Source: Bdellovibrionales bacterium (lineage in GTDB: Bacteria > Bdellovibrionota > Bdellovibrionia > Bdellovibrionales > DASUEL01). Taken from it: DNA of 64,000 nucleotides. Under the pieces are notes generated by a model. That model saw only the letters and a list, made by a program, of their open reading frames with translations. It did no database searches and was not told where the DNA came from. The translations under genes were made by a program, and so were the position numbers. How positions within the stretch are numbered: the stretch's first letter is position 1; every line of letters starts with the position of its first letter. Positions 1-9,069 of the stretch are shown here, piece by piece. The stretch covers positions 64,001 to 128,000 of the forward strand of contig JBFWOZ010000001.1 of NCBI GenBank assembly GCA_050250255.1, read 5' to 3'.

Positions 1-187
1 CTTTGTGATGAGGCGCGACTGTGACATCTAAAAGAAGTTGAGTGTTCTGGTCGAGGGGGACCGGCGACTCTCGCATGTGAGCTTTTGCAGTGAGCGGGTT
101 GGGGTGCACGTCCTGATCGTTGGAAAATGTCCAAGGTGAGACAAATATAAGTGATAGAAAGATCAGTGATTTAAAAGTGCGACCCAT
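1..187 (-). CDS. Partial CDS running off the window edge: exported protein N-terminus, possibly a DsbD-type N-terminal domain
   Basis: Not in the ORF track. Manual translation from ATG at 187 gives MGRTFKSLIFLSLIFVSPWTFSNDQDVHPNPLTAKAHMRESPVPLDQNTQLLLDVTVAPHHK, open to the edge, with a signal-peptide-like start. The DsbD guess is weak. Confidence 0.6.
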   Translation of the reverse strand, partial: MGRTFKSLIFLSLIFVSPWTFSNDQDVHPNPLTAKAHMRESPVPLDQNTQLLLDVTVAPHHK

Positions 188-292
188 GTTGTTCTAAGTT
201 ATAACGGTTTTGGAACGGGATCATCCAATAACGCACTTCTTCCGTCGAGGTACTGGACTAAAGGTCGAGCTCATAAAAGTTTGAATTTCCTC

Positions 293-318
293 TCAAAACT
301 TACAAAATCTGCCGACAA
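293..318 (+). promoter_or_regulatory. Possible sigma28 (FliA) promoter for motAB
   Basis: TCAA-N14-GCCGACAA upstream of motA. The -10 box is close to GCCGATAA but the spacer is 1-2 nt short. Confidence 0.4.
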
Positions 319-342
319 ATTACCTGAGGGAGCCTCAGCGAT

Positions 343-1203
343 ATGGGTGGCATAGTTGGAATAGTGATCGTTATTGTCTGTGTGTTCGGTGGATTTATCC
401 TCGCCGGTGGACACATTCATGTTGTATGGCAGCCTTACGAAATCATGATCATCTTCGGTGCGATGTTTGGTGCGATGGTGATCTCAAATCCTCCTTCAAT
501 TTTAAAAGCAGCCCTGTCGGGTGTGATTCACGCTTTGACTAAGGGTGGTCCTACTAAAAAAGATTATCTTGATCTCTTGCAAATGCTTTTCCGTTTTTAT
601 CAAATTTACCGTCGTGATGGTCCTCAAGCAGTTGAAAAACATGTGGAGAAGCCAGAAGAGAGCGAATTGTTTAAGGGCTACCCCTCATTTATTAAAAATC
701 ATCATGCGGTAGAATATCTCTGCGATACGATGAAGATCGTTCTATCTGCGGATCTCTCTCAATATGATGTTGATGACTTACTTGATTCCGATATTAAATC
801 TCTCCACGAAGAAGAGCATAAAGCTGCTCACGCAATTGGTAACGCGGCCGATGCTCTTCCAGGACTAGGGATCGTGGCCGCGGTTCTTGGGATCGTGCAT
901 ACAATGAGTATGTTAGATCAAGGAACCGAAGTGATTGGTCACTCCGTGGGTGCCGCCCTTATTGGTACCTTCCTTGGGGTTTTCGTGTGTTACGGGTTGG
1001 TCGCACCGATCGCACAAAAAATGGGCAAAGACATTGAAGCTGGTGGTCAGTATTTAAAGGTAATTAAAGCGTCACTGGTGGCTCTGCAAAGAGGTTCACC
1101 TCCTTTGGTATGTATTGAATTTGCTCGCCGAACGATTTTCCCGCACGACCGACCGTCCTTTGAAGAGATGGATACGGCTTCGAAAGAGAAAAAAGCGGCT
1201 TAA
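343..1203 (+). CDS. motA: Flagellar stator protein MotA
   Basis: N-terminal TM segments, PGLGIVAAVLG and GAALIGTFLGV motifs, paired with motB. Confidence 0.95.
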   Translation: MGGIVGIVIVIVCVFGGFILAGGHIHVVWQPYEIMIIFGAMFGAMVISNPPSILKAALSGVIHALTKGGPTKKDYLDLLQMLFRFYQIYRRDGPQAVEKHVEKPEESELFKGYPSFIKNHHAVEYLCDTMKIVLSADLSQYDVDDLLDSDIKSLHEEEHKAAHAIGNAADALPGLGIVAAVLGIVHTMSMLDQGTEVIGHSVGAALIGTFLGVFVCYGLVAPIAQKMGKDIEAGGQYLKVIKASLVALQRGSPPLVCIEFARRTIFPHDRPSFEEMDTASKEKKAA

Positions 1204-1218
1204 GCTTAGAGGATTCAC

Positions 1219-2085
1219 GTGGCTAAAAACCAAATGGTTGTTATAAAAAAAATTACGATCAATGGGGCAGGAGCTCACGGTGGTTCTTGGAAGGTGGCTT
1301 TTGCCGATTTCATGACCGCGATGATGGCGTTCTTTCTAGTGATGTGGCTTCTCAATCAAAGTGAAGAAACCAAGAAGCAAGTCGCTCGCTATTTTTCTGG
1401 ACCCTCAGTGATAGAACAGAATTTTAGTATTTATGGTGCCGAGATCACGCTCGAAAAATTGTTTCTCGATATCACGAACGAACCAATGAAGGCTTTCCAA
1501 CAATTTGTGCAGCCTGCGGATGTCACTCCTGACATTATGTCACTGGGTTCTAAGCGAGCGGCCCTTTTTCATATTGCTCAAGAGCTTGGTGATGCCGCTC
1601 AAAACGTTGAAATCAATCAAGACGAGATCTATTTTGAAATTCCTGATCATATGTTTTTTGAACGCGGAACTGCAAATCCGTCAGCTCGACATAAAGAAGT
1701 GATGGAAAAACTCAAAGATCTTGTTGTTGGTTTAGAGAACTCGAGCTTTGAAGTCACATCTCTTCTTTATTCTGCAAGCATTCCGCCAAAGGCGACTCAA
1801 TCAGCTGAAGACGTCACGGTTAAACGTATGGATTTGTTAAAAAACCAGATCGACTTTCAATCGGATAGCAATACCTTAAAATCTACGGCGATCGTATCAG
1901 AGCAGTCTTTGCCTCCTAATGCCCCCGGTGGATTAATCAAAATTCGTATTAAACAAAATGAATTTCTCCCGGATGGCTCAAAGCCACGCCCATTAAAAGG
2001 CGATATTAAGGAGAAAAAGAGCGATACGACCGTCTATAATGACTTCGTACGTCGTATGACTGAAAGCACGAAGCGTCGCCGCTAA
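1219..2085 (+). CDS. motB: Flagellar stator protein MotB with a degenerate OmpA-like C-terminal domain
   Basis: [25 protein letters not shown] motif with the conserved Asp; follows motA. Confidence 0.9.
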   Translation: MAKNQMVVIKKITINGAGAHGGSWKVAFADFMTAMMAFFLVMWLLNQSEETKKQVARYFSGPSVIEQNFSIYGAEITLEKLFLDITNEPMKAFQQFVQPADVTPDIMSLGSKRAALFHIAQELGDAAQNVEINQDEIYFEIPDHMFFERGTANPSARHKEVMEKLKDLVVGLENSSFEVTSLLYSASIPPKATQSAEDVTVKRMDLLKNQIDFQSDSNTLKSTAIVSEQSLPPNAPGGLIKIRIKQNEFLPDGSKPRPLKGDIKEKKSDTTVYNDFVRRMTESTKRRR

Positions 2086-2148
2086 AATCCTTTTCTTAGT
2101 TTCCAAAAAAAACTACCCAAAATCGGTGTAGGGCTCTACGTTTAAAGA

Positions 2149-3000
2149 ATGGCTGATGCGTATGAAGTTCCCTGGCGATCTCACACTTTTGTGGCTTTCG
2201 ATACCGAGACGAGTGGGGCTTTTCCTATTGGCTCTGAGCTTTGTGAAATTGCCGCGGTAAAATGGAAAGATGGCCAAATTATTGATCGTTTTCAATCCTT
2301 AGTAGCGGTGAAAAAGCCAATGTCAGACTTCATTATCGGCATTCACGGAATTACGAATGAAATGGTGAAGAATGCTCCTCAGCTTGGGGATGTCGTGAAG
2401 CAATTTCGGGAATTTGTTTCGGGTACAATCATGGTGGCTCACCACGCTCCTTTTGATATGGGCTTTTTAGCTTACGAAATGGAACGTCATGAGATGAAGC
2501 TGCTTCATCATCCTGTTCTGTGCACAAGTTTGTTATCGATTGAACTTTTTCCTGAGTTTGAAAATCACAAACTACAAACGCTCATTCAAACTTTTCAGTT
2601 GAAGCAGGGTCAGGCCCATAGAGCTTTGGATGATTCTGAAGCTTGTATGGAAGTGTTTTTACGATGTGCAGAAAAAGTGGGACCTGAAGCAACGCTTTCC
2701 CAAATTTATCAGGCTCAAAAAGTACATTTAAAATGGGATCGCTTCTCAATGAAGCAGCTTGCAAAAATTGAATTGTTTCAAAACATTATCAACGCCGTAC
2801 AGAATGATCAGGAGCTCGAGATTGTTTACGGAGCAGGTTCTCACCCAGGGCAAACCAGACGCGTGAAACCAATTGGTATCGTACGTTCACCTGACGGAGA
2901 TTTTCTCGCCTGTCCAATGGAAGAAAACGGTGTGATGAGAAATAAACGTTTTTATTTAAAGAGAATTAGCCGCGCGACGGCCATTCTAAGCGAGCCCTAA
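2149..3000 (+). CDS. DEDDh 3'-5' exonuclease (DnaQ-like) with C-terminal WYL-like domain
   Basis: AFDTETSG, VAHHAPFD and HRALDD motifs. The C-terminal LEIVY...TRRVKP...FL...KRFYLKRI pattern is typical of WYL domains. Confidence 0.8.
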   Translation: MADAYEVPWRSHTFVAFDTETSGAFPIGSELCEIAAVKWKDGQIIDRFQSLVAVKKPMSDFIIGIHGITNEMVKNAPQLGDVVKQFREFVSGTIMVAHHAPFDMGFLAYEMERHEMKLLHHPVLCTSLLSIELFPEFENHKLQTLIQTFQLKQGQAHRALDDSEACMEVFLRCAEKVGPEATLSQIYQAQKVHLKWDRFSMKQLAKIELFQNIINAVQNDQELEIVYGAGSHPGQTRRVKPIGIVRSPDGDFLACPMEENGVMRNKRFYLKRISRATAILSEP

Positions 3001-3890
3001 CTCGCTTTTATTTTTGACCACTGCTTTGCGAGTTTCGCCGCCATCCTCTCAAGTTTTTGAAACTCATCACCACCTCTAAGCTTGAGGGAACGAGTCTTTC
3101 CGGCGTAGAGATCTTCAAGAAATTTTTCAAAAGCATAAATTGGCCCCGCAGCTTTGTGGGCAAGCATGAGGCCTACAAAAAAGAGAATGGTGCAAAACGC
3201 GACGCTCACAATTAAAAACGTAAACGTAAAAGTAATCATGATGTGTTCGCTCTGCGCCGTAAGAGGACCCGTCAGCTCTTCAATCGCCACTTTTAGAAAC
3301 GTGTAGGATAAAATACCTGTGAGCAGAGCGAAGCAGAAGGCAAAGCTTGTAAGCTTCAAAGCATATTTAAATTGGTATTTTGGATCAATGAGGAAAGACT
3401 TTCTCAAATTCTGATCAGGCCAGAGCCGCTTCCCATCTTTAAAGAGACAGTAGATCACCAAGAAATAACCGACCCATTGAAGAGCATCGGCCAAGTTAAA
3501 AGCCGGAGTCAGCCATTGCTCCCAACGAAAAACAACAAAGTCTACAACGTAGCCCCAGCGAATGCGATCTGTGACGTTGCCAAGAATCCCACCTAGAAGG
3601 ATCGACATGCCTGCGCGGAGGATGAGCGTCTGTGGTGGCAAGAGGTATTGAATAATCATGAAACAAAATATGAGGAAGGCTCCGCCTGTCGAGAGAGAAA
3701 CAATGCGAAGCATAGGTGGAACGTCCGAAAACGTTCCAAGAATAACACCTGGATTGTGGTGAAGCATGAAACCCATGGGACCGATAAAAAACGGAACACC
3801 TAAATTAGAAGCCCACATTTTTGTAGTTTGATCGATCAGCCACACGACGATCAGGGGCATAGTAATAAAAAACCAATCTCGACGAGTCAT
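2997..3890 (-). CDS. lspA: Lipoprotein signal peptidase II with C-terminal 2TM + HAMP-like extension
   Basis: IDQTTK, NPG, GNVTDR...VVDF and FNLAD motifs, followed by about 140 extra residues. Confidence 0.85.
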   Translation of the reverse strand: MTRRDWFFITMPLIVVWLIDQTTKMWASNLGVPFFIGPMGFMLHHNPGVILGTFSDVPPMLRIVSLSTGGAFLIFCFMIIQYLLPPQTLILRAGMSILLGGILGNVTDRIRWGYVVDFVVFRWEQWLTPAFNLADALQWVGYFLVIYCLFKDGKRLWPDQNLRKSFLIDPKYQFKYALKLTSFAFCFALLTGILSYTFLKVAIEELTGPLTAQSEHIMITFTFTFLIVSVAFCTILFFVGLMLAHKAAGPIYAFEKFLEDLYAGKTRSLKLRGGDEFQKLERMAAKLAKQWSKIKAS

Positions 3891-3980
3891 TACACAAAGA
3901 ATATCAATAATTTGAGAGCTGATCCCGTGGATTGGTTTTGTGGATGGGAAGAATGGACTAAGGTCCTCGGCATTATTTAC

Positions 3981-4080
3981 TACCGGGATCCATGTATTCT
4001 GGTAAACGGGAATACGTGGATCCCTGTTTTAATACCGGGATCCGCGTATACAAGTTAACTTGAATACCCGGATCCTCGTA
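3981..4080. repeat. Four copies of the palindrome TACnnGGATCCnnGTW (52-bp duplicated unit)
   Basis: Copies start at 3981, 4013, 4033 and 4065 in the divergent lspA/dacB intergenic region. Confidence 0.9.
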
Positions 4081-4110
4081 GATTAAGATTAAGGCGAGGA
4101 GAATCCCCCT

Positions 4111-5511
4111 ATGCTTTCCATTTTCTTAAGTATCATAATTTCTGTTTCCGCCTCTGCAAACGCGAAGAATACAAACATTTCCGAGCGCTTAAAAAAAGTG
4201 ATGGCAAGAAGTGGCTTGAGCCAGCAAGATTTGGGCCTTTTTATTCAGTCTTCTCCCGAAGATGAAATTTTTAATATCAACGCAAAACAAAATTTTGTGC
4301 CTGCTTCTATCTCAAAAATTCCAACCGCGCTTGCGGCTTTAGAAACTTGGGGTCCGGGCCATCGTTTTTCTACGCAAGTTTACATGGATGGATCTTTAGT
4401 CAATGGCACGCTCAGTGGAAATTTGATTTTAAAGGGGCAAGGAGAACCAGCCCTTGTTTCTGAACGCATGTGGTTTCTCGTGAACGCGCTCACACGATTT
4501 CAAATTCAAAAAGTCACGGGCGATATTATTGTAGATGAATCGTATTTTGATTCTATTCGCTACGACAAAGATCGTCTACCAATGAGCGAGGGTCGCGCCT
4601 TCGATGCGCCTGTGAGTGCGCTTTCTTTTAACTGGAATGCCGCTAACATTTTTATACGACCAACACGCGCTGGCCAAGCTGCTGAAGTTTTTGTAGATCC
4701 AGCAAACAGTTATATCATTGGAGTTGCGAATCAAACGAAAACGATTTCCTCTGGTAATTTGACTGTGAATGCAACTCCTACACCAGTAAAACAAGGGGAT
4801 CAAATCATCGGTGATAAAATATTTTCTCGCGGACAAATCCCTGTAGGGCAAAAGGAAGTGGTTCTTTACCGCTCCATTTCGGAACCGGATTTGTGGGCGG
4901 GTGCCAACTTTAAAGAATTTTTAAAGCAGCGCCAAATTCATGTGGTGGGGCAGGTAAAACGAGGCCGTGCGGGATCTGGCGCACAACTTCTTATCGATGA
5001 ACCCGGTAGCGCCGTGAGAGAAGTTGTCACTGATATGATGAAGTTCTCAAATAATTTTATAGCCGAAATGTTAGCAAAGCATCTTTCGGTTGAATCAGGT
5101 TCTCGTCCGGGGAATTTACCGGCGGGTGTAGAAATGATTAAAAAATCTATGGATCGTGTTGGGCTAGATCGTAAAGATTATTCTTATGTAAGTCCCTCAG
5201 GACTCACGGTAAAAAATAAAATGAGCGCTTCACAGTTTAATCGCATTCTTTATTATGCGATTAAGTCATCGGTGGCTCCTGAGTTTCTCTCCTCGTTACC
5301 CCTTGCGGGAATCGACGGAACACTAAAGAGTCGATTAAAGGGCTATAACGTAAGAGCTAAAACTGGCCTCTTGTCAGGGGTCTCAAGTCTCGCTGGATTC
5401 GCTTATAAAAAAGATGGGACCGTCTTTACCTTTTCTTTTATGTATAACGGTTCTAAACATTTTATAGCCAAAGATCTTTTTGAAGATTTGATTATTGAAT
5501 TGTTAAAATAG
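4111..5511 (+). CDS. dacB: D-Ala-D-Ala carboxypeptidase/endopeptidase PBP4 (peptidase S13)
   Basis: Signal peptide; SxxK (PASISK), SxN (FSNN) and KTG motifs. Confidence 0.9.
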   Translation: MLSIFLSIIISVSASANAKNTNISERLKKVMARSGLSQQDLGLFIQSSPEDEIFNINAKQNFVPASISKIPTALAALETWGPGHRFSTQVYMDGSLVNGTLSGNLILKGQGEPALVSERMWFLVNALTRFQIQKVTGDIIVDESYFDSIRYDKDRLPMSEGRAFDAPVSALSFNWNAANIFIRPTRAGQAAEVFVDPANSYIIGVANQTKTISSGNLTVNATPTPVKQGDQIIGDKIFSRGQIPVGQKEVVLYRSISEPDLWAGANFKEFLKQRQIHVVGQVKRGRAGSGAQLLIDEPGSAVREVVTDMMKFSNNFIAEMLAKHLSVESGSRPGNLPAGVEMIKKSMDRVGLDRKDYSYVSPSGLTVKNKMSASQFNRILYYAIKSSVAPEFLSSLPLAGIDGTLKSRLKGYNVRAKTGLLSGVSSLAGFAYKKDGTVFTFSFMYNGSKHFIAKDLFEDLIIELLK

Positions 5512-5516
5512 AGAAG

Positions 5517-6830
5517 ATGACTCATTCTTTGAAGATGGTAATGTTTTTATCTCTCATTTTGAGTGCCCAGCTTAGCTTTGCGACTCCAAACAATTTAGAT
5601 GTCATTCGTCCAGAAAAAACATCCACTACGCACCAAATGGGTGGTTTGCGTTGGAGCCCAACGAATTTTAAGGGTCAAGGGCGGGCCCTCGGATATCGCG
5701 CACAAGAATTCGCGATGACTCCCGATCTTAAAGAGCGGGTCGATTTCTGGATTGATATTTATTCTAAGTACACTTCTTCTTACGGAATCATTCATGATCG
5801 TACGAACTTGAACATTGTTTATGCGGTGATTGATTTTTCTCCTATTATTTCGAACTCATCTTTAACACTTTCTCGGGTAGAGCGAGCAAAAACAGCCGCA
5901 GTGAAAAGAAAGCGTGAAGAAATTTATGGTCGTTTAAGTCGTCTGAAGTCTGTGCGAAGCAGTGATTCTCTTGATGGAGAAGATTTGCGCATCTGGAATA
6001 TGTTTCCAGCAGCCACAAGACGACGGGATCTGGCTGTTGCTGCGAATAAAGAGGCAATACGATTTCAATTAGGTCAAAAAGATTTTTTTAAAAAAGGAAT
6101 TTACTATTCTGGCCGCTATCTAAGACAGATGGAAAGTATCTTCCGCAAAGAAGGCTTACCTATTGAGCTCACACGTCTACCTTTTGTGGAAAGTTCATTT
6201 AATATTTATGCTCAATCTAAAGTGGGTGCGAGTGGTATTTGGCAATTTATGCGAGGGACTGGTAAGAGCTATTTAAAAATCAATTCACAGGTGGATGAGC
6301 GTAATGATCCTCTCTCTGCGAGCAGAGCCGCTGCGAAACTTTTAAGAAGTAACTATAGAGTATTAAGAAGTTGGCCGCTTGCGATTACGGCATATAACCA
6401 TGGTCCGACGGGCACGAAGCGACTAGTGCAGAAGTATAGAACTCGTAGAATGTCGGAGCTTATTGACCGCGCTGAGGGTGGAAGCTTTGGTTTTGCATCA
6501 AAAAACTTTTACGCATGTTTTTTAGCCGCACTCGAGGTGGAAGCGAATGCCAATAAATATTTTGGCCCTCTCGAAGTCGCTCAAGAAGTGGCATTTGAAA
6601 CTTACGTGTTATCTAAGCAGGCAAGCTATAAACTTTTACTGAATGTTTTTGGTTACGATACGAGACGAGCGGAGCTGTTAAATCCTCATTTTACTGCTGC
6701 CGTCAAGCGTGGTCGTATGCTGATGCCTAAGGGCAGTAAGGTTCGCATTCCACCAAGTAAGTCCAGGCAGTTTGTGTCTTTATTATCTCCCAATTCTCCA
6801 AAACGAAATGTGACAAGCTACATCGATTAG
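5517..6830 (+). CDS. Lytic transglycosylase (SLT domain, MltD-like)
   Basis: PFVESSF, GASGIWQFM and AYNHG motifs; signal peptide. Confidence 0.88.
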   Translation: MTHSLKMVMFLSLILSAQLSFATPNNLDVIRPEKTSTTHQMGGLRWSPTNFKGQGRALGYRAQEFAMTPDLKERVDFWIDIYSKYTSSYGIIHDRTNLNIVYAVIDFSPIISNSSLTLSRVERAKTAAVKRKREEIYGRLSRLKSVRSSDSLDGEDLRIWNMFPAATRRRDLAVAANKEAIRFQLGQKDFFKKGIYYSGRYLRQMESIFRKEGLPIELTRLPFVESSFNIYAQSKVGASGIWQFMRGTGKSYLKINSQVDERNDPLSASRAAAKLLRSNYRVLRSWPLAITAYNHGPTGTKRLVQKYRTRRMSELIDRAEGGSFGFASKNFYACFLAALEVEANANKYFGPLEVAQEVAFETYVLSKQASYKLLLNVFGYDTRRAELLNPHFTAAVKRGRMLMPKGSKVRIPPSKSRQFVSLLSPNSPKRNVTSYID

Positions 6831-6837
6831 CGTTCAC

Positions 6838-6865
6838 AAAAAGTAACGCCACCAAAAGGGTGGCG
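6838..6865 (-). terminator. Intrinsic terminator between convergent genes
   Basis: CGCCACC/GGTGGCG stem with a T-rich tail on the minus strand. Confidence 0.65.
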
Positions 6866-6893
6866 CAGATCAGTTCAAATGAAAAAGTAAAAA

Positions 6894-8129
6894 CTAGCGA
6901 ACGATTGAGGAGTGAAGCCCATAATTGGCTCGGCCACCATCGATCACGCGATAAGGATTGTCGGCAAGCTCGATCATGTACAAACACGGCTTCAAGTTTT
7001 TATTGAAGACAACTGGGATCTTCGCTTGGCCCGGGTAGAAGCCATCTGTCCCAAATGCAGATTTAGGATCCATTTCGAAAGTGAACGAAATCATTTTCAA
7101 TTCTGCGTAGGCCCAATCGGTTGTATCGCCACTTGCTGTGTACAAATCGGAAGACTGCTCTGGTGTGTAGCCATTCCACTGTGCCATTGTTTCGGCCATT
7201 GTCTTATGCACTTGTAAGTCGCGAGCATTTTCGAGCGGAGAATACGTCCAACCCCAAGGGTACAAAATCAATTCCGAGAACGTGTGAAAAGAAACCTGAA
7301 TCGTCACATTCGTTTTTCTTTCTAAAAACGTTTTGATCGCCATTGTTTCAGGCTCGCTAAATGGGGCCGTGCCTTTGTAAACATCGCTACGTGGGTTAGA
7401 ACTAGTCCCGGTAGTCCCCCATTGGTAGCTGTAGTTACGATTGAGGTCGACACCGAAGCTGCCATCACCATTGTTACGTCGATTTTTTCTCCATGCTTTA
7501 TAATTTCCACCCACGATATCCCATTCAATTCCATCTGGATTTACCAGCGGAACGATGTTGATCTCACGGCCTCTCACAAGTCTCTGAACCTCAGGATTTC
7601 CATTTTTAAATTCACTCACAAGATATTGAGCAAGCATAAGAGGAAATTCTGTCGAGAGATGTTCTCTCGCATGGTGAGTTCCAACGATAGAAATGCCGGG
7701 CTTTCTCTCGCTATTTGGGAGATCTGTAGAAATTCGGATGTTGATAATATCCCGACCTTCAATAGATTTTCCAATCACTTCGTAAGCCACGATGTCGGGC
7801 GCGTCTGTTTGAAGCTTTTTAAGAGCGGTCACAAGTTCGTTGTAATCATGAAACTGTGAATCCCGATCAGGGAAGTCCATCGTTTGATGGTCATAGACGA
7901 AACTTGTATCTAACATTTTGGTGGCTCTCACAAGCTCCAATTCAATATCGCCTCCAAAAGCGATCACGTAATCGTCTTTTACGACTTCAATCACGGCGCC
8001 AGTGTTAGCAATTGCGGAGCGTTCATACTTGTTGGTGGCTTTGATTTTCATCCAATAAGTTTTATCCTCAGTGGCAAATGCCTGAAGAGCTGAGAGGCTC
8101 AGGGCGGCAAGCAAAAATATCCATTTCAT
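6894..8129 (-). CDS. Secreted M14 zinc carboxypeptidase (carboxypeptidase T-like)
   Basis: HHAREH, NPDG, WRKNR, GVDLNRNY and FSEPET motifs. Start moved to ATG 8129 (AGGAGG RBS, signal peptide MKWIFLLAALS). Confidence 0.9.
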   Translation of the reverse strand: MKWIFLLAALSLSALQAFATEDKTYWMKIKATNKYERSAIANTGAVIEVVKDDYVIAFGGDIELELVRATKMLDTSFVYDHQTMDFPDRDSQFHDYNELVTALKKLQTDAPDIVAYEVIGKSIEGRDIINIRISTDLPNSERKPGISIVGTHHAREHLSTEFPLMLAQYLVSEFKNGNPEVQRLVRGREINIVPLVNPDGIEWDIVGGNYKAWRKNRRNNGDGSFGVDLNRNYSYQWGTTGTSSNPRSDVYKGTAPFSEPETMAIKTFLERKTNVTIQVSFHTFSELILYPWGWTYSPLENARDLQVHKTMAETMAQWNGYTPEQSSDLYTASGDTTDWAYAELKMISFTFEMDPKSAFGTDGFYPGQAKIPVVFNKNLKPCLYMIELADNPYRVIDGGRANYGLHSSIVR

Positions 8130-8259
8130 AATCCCTCCTTGGTCATGGGTCATACTAAGCCTAAAGTCTAAGTCTTCCAAGAGGCTATCCATGTATGGAC
8201 TTAGGTCTGGATAAAAAGAGTGACATCAAGCAGAATTGGCGGCATGAAATGGTATCAAA

Positions 8260-9069
8260 ATGGATAAGTTAAATCTTAATGAACAGCAGATGAAAATTGC
8301 CGAACAAATGCTTGCCGCTTGTCAGCAGATGGACGCACGGGGCTTTGTGGCGAACCACGATGGCAACCTTAGTCATCGTTTGGAACAAAATCTCTATTTG
8401 GTTACACCCACGGCTTTTGCAAAAAGGTCGATCACAAAAGAGGACCTCCTTCTCATCGATGATTCTGGAAAAGTTTTAAAAGGTCAGCACAAAGTATTTT
8501 CCGAATGGAAATGGCATCAGGCGATTTACAAAGCAAACCCTCAGGTGAATTCGGTTTGTCATGCCCATCCTCCTTATTCCATGGCGTGGGGACTCACCGG
8601 AAAAGATTTTGGTTTTTCTGCAATCCCTGAATCTCTTGTGAGTTTAGGTGGGCCTCTTCAGCTCGTGCCACTACCCTCACCACTGACTCCATCACCAGAG
8701 ATCGAACGGGAAGTAAGAGTTGCGCTCGATACAAGTTATGCTTTTTTGGTTCAAGGAAATGGAGTTTTTGCGGTAGGGGATCATCCAGAAATGTCTTATC
8801 TACGTGTTGAGTTAGTAGAACAAATTGTACGAGCCCATTTTTTAGCACGTGAAATCGGTTCTATTAAAAATTTGCCTTCAGAGTTGGTTCAGGAATTAAT
8901 TCAAAAGCGTCCGCCCTTGAAACCTGAGTGGCAAGAATTGAAAAAGTTCGAACCGAGTGTCCCAGTTCCCGTGCCAGAAATAAAACCCACTTCTTCTGCG
9001 ATCACGGTAGAAGAAATTAAATCAGTGATTCGTCGTGAGATTGAATCACTTCTTCAGACTCAAAAGTAA
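8260..9069 (+). CDS. Class II aldolase/adducin family protein with Pro-rich linker and C-terminal amphipathic helix
   Basis: DGNLS, TPT, SEWKWH and HAHPPY motifs. Confidence 0.85.
   Translation: MDKLNLNEQQMKIAEQMLAACQQMDARGFVANHDGNLSHRLEQNLYLVTPTAFAKRSITKEDLLLIDDSGKVLKGQHKVFSEWKWHQAIYKANPQVNSVCHAHPPYSMAWGLTGKDFGFSAIPESLVSLGGPLQLVPLPSPLTPSPEIEREVRVALDTSYAFLVQGNGVFAVGDHPEMSYLRVELVEQIVRAHFLAREIGSIKNLPSELVQELIQKRPPLKPEWQELKKFEPSVPVPVPEIKPTSSAITVEEIKSVIRREIESLLQTQK

Noticed and set aside
3828..4058. 76-aa ORF across the palindrome array
   Set aside because: No RBS, overlaps lspA antisense, and its repeated RDP/IPG residues simply reflect the DNA repeat.
3981..4080. Mini-CRISPR or parS interpretation of the array
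   Set aside because: Gaps between units are only 4-16 nt, no cas genes are present, and the sequence does not match the parS consensus.
8176..8191. sigma54-like TGGATAGCCTCTTGGA upstream of the carboxypeptidase
   Set aside because: GG instead of GC at -12 and a weak -24 context; not supportable without TSS data.
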